A stretch of 64,000 bases of DNA from an uncultured Clostridia bacterium (lineage in GTDB: Bacteria; Bacillota; Clostridia; TANB77; CAG-508), in contig CANRPX010000001.1 of NCBI GenBank assembly GCA_947632605.1, positions 116,535-180,534 on the forward strand, read 5' to 3'. The stretch's first letter is position 1. Each line of letters opens with the position of its first letter. Below are positions 59,711 through 64,000 of the stretch, piece after piece. Position numbers and translations under genes: made by a program. Below the pieces are notes generated by a model. That model did no database searches and was not told the origin of the DNA. It saw only the letters and a list, made by a program, of their open reading frames with translations.

Positions 59711-60553
59711 ATGGACGTATTTAAATATATAGTTAATATAATTCTATCGTTTCTGATTATGATTACAATTCTTTTTGTAATTGCAGTTAATATTTTAAAT
59801 AATAATATACTTAATAAAGATTATATAAAAGAAAAAATGAAAGAAACTGAATTTAATCTTCAAATTTCAAGAGAAGTACAAAGTGGTTTTGAAAAATATA
59901 TTTATCAATCTGGTTTGCCATTAGAAACCATAGAAAATTTATTTACACAAGAAATGATACAAGAAGATGTTGATAGTATTTTAGATTTTATTTATGAAGG
60001 AACAGAAATTTCTTTAAGTAGTGATACTGTAAGAAATAACTTAGATAAAAAGATACAAGATTATGTATCTTCACAAAAAATAAACTTAAATAAACAAGGA
60101 AAAAATAATATAAAAAATTTTGAAGACTTGATAGTAAAAGAATATAATAATAATGTTAATGCTTCAAAGAATACTTATGAACAAGCACAGTCTACAATAG
60201 AAAAAATAAGAAATATAAATAATTTTATTAGATTTTTACCAATTATTTTGTTAAGTATATTAATTATTATATTGATATTTATAAACGTAACAGATTTATT
60301 AGAAGTTATTAACTTTTTAGGAATATCACTTTTGTCTGCTGGAGCATTAATAAAAATAGGAATTAGTTTAATTTTCTCAAATATAGATATAGATAATTTA
60401 GTTTTAATATCAACTTCTGTAAGTAATTTACTCATAAATGCTGTAAAAGAAATATTGTATAATATTTCTGATAAAGGCAACATTTTTATAGTTTGTGGTA
60501 TTGTGGCAATACTTGTACATGCAATTATAAAAAATGTAAAAACTAATAAATAA
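59711..60553 (+). CDS. Hypothetical membrane protein
   Basis: GGAGG lies before the ATG at 59711. One N-terminal TM helix and a C-terminal TM bundle. Confidence 0.5.
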   Translation: MDVFKYIVNIILSFLIMITILFVIAVNILNNNILNKDYIKEKMKETEFNLQISREVQSGFEKYIYQSGLPLETIENLFTQEMIQEDVDSILDFIYEGTEISLSSDTVRNNLDKKIQDYVSSQKINLNKQGKNNIKNFEDLIVKEYNNNVNASKNTYEQAQSTIEKIRNINNFIRFLPIILLSILIIILIFINVTDLLEVINFLGISLLSAGALIKIGISLIFSNIDIDNLVLISTSVSNLLINAVKEILYNISDKGNIFIVCGIVAILVHAIIKNVKTNK

Positions 60554-60710
60554 AAAATAATAAAGATGTAGGGAAAATAAACCCAAGAATTGCTAATAAA
60601 TATATAGTAATTCCTGCTGGTTTATTTTCTTTTTCTTTAAATTCAAAATTAGCATAACTGATACTCTTTAAAAAAGAATATATTAAAATAATAATTATTA
60701 AAAACTTCAT
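60543..60710 (-). CDS. Small 55-aa two-TM protein downstream of the ger operon (possible germinant-receptor D subunit)
   Basis: Below the ORF-track cutoff. GGAGA lies 4 nt before the ATG at 60708-60710. MKFLIIIILIYSFL...ITIYLLAILGFIFPTSLLFFIY. Confidence 0.4.
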   Translation of the reverse strand: MKFLIIIILIYSFLKSISYANFEFKEKENKPAGITIYLLAILGFIFPTSLLFFIY

Positions 60711-60727
60711 ATTATCTCCATAATAAA

Positions 60728-61876
60728 TTATTCTTTGTTAAATAAATTACTTGAGTTTATTCTAGAATTTATTTTTATATCAAAAAAAGAATCTTGAAAA
60801 ATCTCATCCCAATGAGTTTGTTCGAAGCTATCTCTGGTTAAAAATTCAGATTTATATAATGCTTTAAATCCAACAATATCTGAATTATATTTTTTAGTAA
60901 TTGTATATAAATAGTCATTTAATAATTTTTCAATATAATTATTTGTTTCATTTTCTAATTTTTTTATGTTTTCATCATCTATATAATTAAAACTTTTTCC
61001 AGAACTAAGTACAGCACCTTCTGGATAAACTGATATAGAAATAAAAGGAGTATTATTAATTAATTCTATATCAATATCTGTATTTTTATATAAACTAATT
61101 TCTAAATCAACTTTTTCTCCATCAGAAAATGGATTATCTAAAGTAATTACAGAATCCTCTAAATCACTAGAAATAATTAGATGAGCAATAGATTGTGAAG
61201 CATCAATGTGACCAATCATACAATCATTTTTAAAAACAGCAATTCCAGAAGTTTGAACAGTAGAATCATTTACTGAAGTATATATTGCACTTGGTTCATA
61301 ATAATCATTATCTAATCCTTGAAAAAATTTACCAAAAGTAGACTTTATTGTAAATCCTGTGTAATCTGTTGTATTAGTTAGATAATCATATAATCTAGCA
61401 GAAAATACTTCTCCAGAATTAGATACTTTATCCATAAGATCAAAAGCAGTAGTGGAACTAATAATAATATTACAAGTATGGCGTAATTCTGGATTATTGC
61501 TTAAAGTATTTATATAACTTCTAATGCCTTTCTCGGCAAGTTCTTCAGAAATGATTAATGCAGAACAATGTGTTAAATTTATTTTTTTATTTAAATAATT
61601 ATTTAAAATAGCTATTCCTTCATCAATAGTATTTGCTTCAACTGAATAAATTTTATAATTACTAGACTGACTACTAGAGCCACTAGAACTGCCAGATTCA
61701 CTTTCAGAAGAAGTTGAAGAATTTTGTACACTTAATTTTATAAGACCATTATCAGTAACATCTAACCCTAAAGAAATTATAAAATAATAATCATCAATTC
61801 CATTTGTATAATTACAACCTGTGAGTGTAAATAGTGATAAATTTAATATTAAAATTAAACTTAAGATTTTTTTCAT
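60728..61876 (-). CDS. Germinant receptor C subunit (Ger(x)C lipoprotein)
   Basis: Lipobox LTGC and Ger(x)C-like body. Third gene of the operon. Confidence 0.75.
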   Translation of the reverse strand: MKKILSLILILNLSLFTLTGCNYTNGIDDYYFIISLGLDVTDNGLIKLSVQNSSTSSESESGSSSGSSSQSSNYKIYSVEANTIDEGIAILNNYLNKKINLTHCSALIISEELAEKGIRSYINTLSNNPELRHTCNIIISSTTAFDLMDKVSNSGEVFSARLYDYLTNTTDYTGFTIKSTFGKFFQGLDNDYYEPSAIYTSVNDSTVQTSGIAVFKNDCMIGHIDASQSIAHLIISSDLEDSVITLDNPFSDGEKVDLEISLYKNTDIDIELINNTPFISISVYPEGAVLSSGKSFNYIDDENIKKLENETNNYIEKLLNDYLYTITKKYNSDIVGFKALYKSEFLTRDSFEQTHWDEIFQDSFFDIKINSRINSSNLFNKE

Positions 61877-61877
61877 A

Positions 61878-62969
61878 TTATTTATTACCTCTCAATTTTT
61901 TTATGTTTGCTAAAATAAGAATTATAAAATTTAATCCAAACATAAATCCTAAAATAATGTATTTGTAAAGAGTATTTTCTATAAAATGAATTTCAGATAC
62001 ATTTATTGGAAGCAAAGTTAATCCAAAAAGAATACTACAAGTAGAAAAAGATAGCATCTTTTCATTAGATACATTTAATAATTTTCTTAAAATACGGTTA
62101 ACTATAAAAATAACAAAACTTAAATAAGAGAAGATTGAAAAAATCCATAATAATATAAAAAGTGAGTCAACTCTTTGAATAAAGGTTCCTAATTCTATTT
62201 GTCTTACTAATAAAAATAAAGAATTAATTGGTTCACTACTTGTTGTAGTATTAAAAAGTGTAAGCATAGAAGTTACAGTTAAAATTAATAATCCTAATGA
62301 AATAATGTAAGAGATAATAGAAATTTTTTTAAAATCTTCTGGCTTTTTAAGTAATGGTTTTAAAAAATAATAATAAACTATAATATACATAGCAAATGTA
62401 TTAGTTAAACCTAAACAGAAGGTGGTATAATAATTTCTTCCCAATATTGGTGTTAAATGCTCTAAATCATAATTGTTAAAAACTGAAAAGAAGGAAACAA
62501 TTACACTAAAAATAGCAAAAGGAGCTATAAAAGTAGCAGTTCTTGAAATAGACTTAAAACCAATAATATTTGCTATTAATATTCCAATTATAAATAAAAG
62601 AAGTATTAGTAAAATATTAAAGTTTGAAAAATAAATTGTGTGCAAAACATTTGAAAAATCTATTAAAGTTATAAAAGAAACTAGCATAAATAGTAAAATA
62701 CTTAAAATTCCAACAATTACTTTTAACTTCTTACCAGCTAAGAATTCTGATATATCTAATAAATCGAGGTTTTCAAATTTATTTAATAATTTAATAATAA
62801 TTAATAAAAAAATAAAATCTATAATTCCAATATAAATAATATTTACTATTGATCCACTACCAGTTAGATTAACAATGTAATATGGCACATTTAAAATTAA
62901 CTTATTTATCATAACTAAAAGAATAAAAGAAATTACTTCAATATTTCCTAATTTATAATTATTTTTCAT
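61878..62969 (-). CDS. Germinant receptor B subunit (spore germination permease)
   Basis: About ten TM helices. Position between the A and C subunits. Confidence 0.75.
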   Translation of the reverse strand: MKNNYKLGNIEVISFILLVMINKLILNVPYYIVNLTGSGSIVNIIYIGIIDFIFLLIIIKLLNKFENLDLLDISEFLAGKKLKVIVGILSILLFMLVSFITLIDFSNVLHTIYFSNFNILLILLLFIIGILIANIIGFKSISRTATFIAPFAIFSVIVSFFSVFNNYDLEHLTPILGRNYYTTFCLGLTNTFAMYIIVYYYFLKPLLKKPEDFKKISIISYIISLGLLILTVTSMLTLFNTTTSSEPINSLFLLVRQIELGTFIQRVDSLFILLWIFSIFSYLSFVIFIVNRILRKLLNVSNEKMLSFSTCSILFGLTLLPINVSEIHFIENTLYKYIILGFMFGLNFIILILANIKKLRGNK

Positions 62970-64000
62970 TGTTCCTCCATTTCATACTAATATGATCTTC
63001 AATATTTGGCTTTTTAGTATTAAGGTATGGATTTCTTTTTTCTCTTTTCCAAACAGGATCAACATGTAAAGTTTCACTTTTTGATAAATCAGTGAAAGGT
63101 ATATAAGGTGCAAAGAAAGATACACCAAAAGAACTTTGATTTGCAAGTAAAAGAAAATGTATAAAAAATCCAAAAGCTATGCCAAGAAAACCGGCTAAAT
63201 ATCCTAAAACTATATACATAAATCTAAACATTTTAATAGAAAACCTTAATGAATTATCAGGAATAGCAAAAGAACAAATACCAGAAAATGCAACAATTAT
63301 AATTAAAATAGGACTTACAATATTTGCAGAAACTGCTGCTTCTCCTAAAATAAGAGCTCCTATTATTCCGTACAGTTGTACTAAAAGAAGATGGAACACG
63401 AATACTTGCTTCTTGTATTAATTCAAAAGAGGCTTCCATAATGATAATTTCAAATAAAATAGGAAATGGAATAGCTTCACGAGCTGCAACAATTGCGAAT
63501 AATAATTCTGATGGTATGAGTTCATAATGATACATAGTAATAGCAATATATAATCCAGGAACTAATAATGCAGATATTAATGCAATACTTCTTAAAAATT
63601 TAAGAAAATTTGCATAATGATAATTTAAATTTGAGTCTTCAGGAGAACTTAAAAAATCTATTAAACTTGCTGGAAGAATAATTGAAAATGGCGAACCATT
63701 TATTAATATTGCAATTCTTCCAAGAAGTAAATATCTAGAAGTTTTATCAGGCCTTTCAGTAGATATGGTTTGTGGAAATGCCATTTTAGGTGAATCTTTT
63801 ATAAATTGAATAAGCTGACCAGAAGATAGTAAATAATCTATTTCTAGGTTATTTATTCTGTATTTTGCTTCAGCAACTAAATCATCATTAGTTATGTTTT
63901 TCATATAACAAATAGCAACTTTTGTCTTGCTTATTTTTCCAACAGTTGTTTCTTCAATAATTAAATTTTCATTATTTATAATTTTTCTAAGCATTGATGT
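62959..64000 (-). pseudogene. Germinant receptor A subunit (GerA family), frameshifted near 63383-63390 and 5'-truncated by the window edge
   Basis: Two overlapping frames together give ...MEASFELIQEASIRVPSS / LVQLYGIIGALILGEAAVSANIVSPILIIIVAFSG.... The junction lies at an A4/T4 run. Confidence 0.7.

Overview
This window is a very AT-rich chromosome segment from a spore-forming, Clostridia-like Firmicute. A hand-counted backbone line is about 22% G+C. Most genes are co-directional plus-strand housekeeping genes: tsaE-tsaB-rimI, a Lon-like protease, an ABC/GntR cluster, holA, dapL, a guaB-like gene, ymdB-spoVS, recA-recX, scpA, ytfI/ytfJ-like genes, thyX, rsmE, yicC-remA-rpoZ-gmk-priA-def-fmt, asp23-amaP-nusB-xseA-xseB, fhs, sleB, efp, a sortase locus and a gerA-type germinant-receptor operon. 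There are two tRNAs (Asn-GTT, Trp-CCA). A structured non-coding RNA of about 560 nt lies directly upstream of a small 4-TM protein and looks like OLE/OapA. I saw no rRNA, CRISPR array, integrase or transposase. The main anomaly is six GC-shifted coding units: 1969-2916, 3292-4227, 7175-7732, 21055-21705, 25852-26280 and 32370-33767. Each has its own AT-rich promoter and strong RBS, and each ends at or beside a GC-rich hairpin terminator. They sit in intergenic gaps of conserved gene neighbourhoods with no visible mobility genes. Four encode proteins I cannot assign to any family. The others are a MYG1/UPF0160 hydrolase divergently paired with one of the unknowns, and a cell-wall-binding-repeat protein with an unassigned N-terminal half. 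Three cassettes share a promoter-leader module of about 50 nt. Secondary observations: three frameshifted genes (holA, M23 peptidase, gerA-type A subunit), a perfect 14-bp inverted-repeat operator at the ABC/GntR promoter, a duplicated tRNA-Asn 3' end, and a sortase substrate with a non-canonical sorting motif. All functional calls come from reading motifs in the translations. No database search was run.
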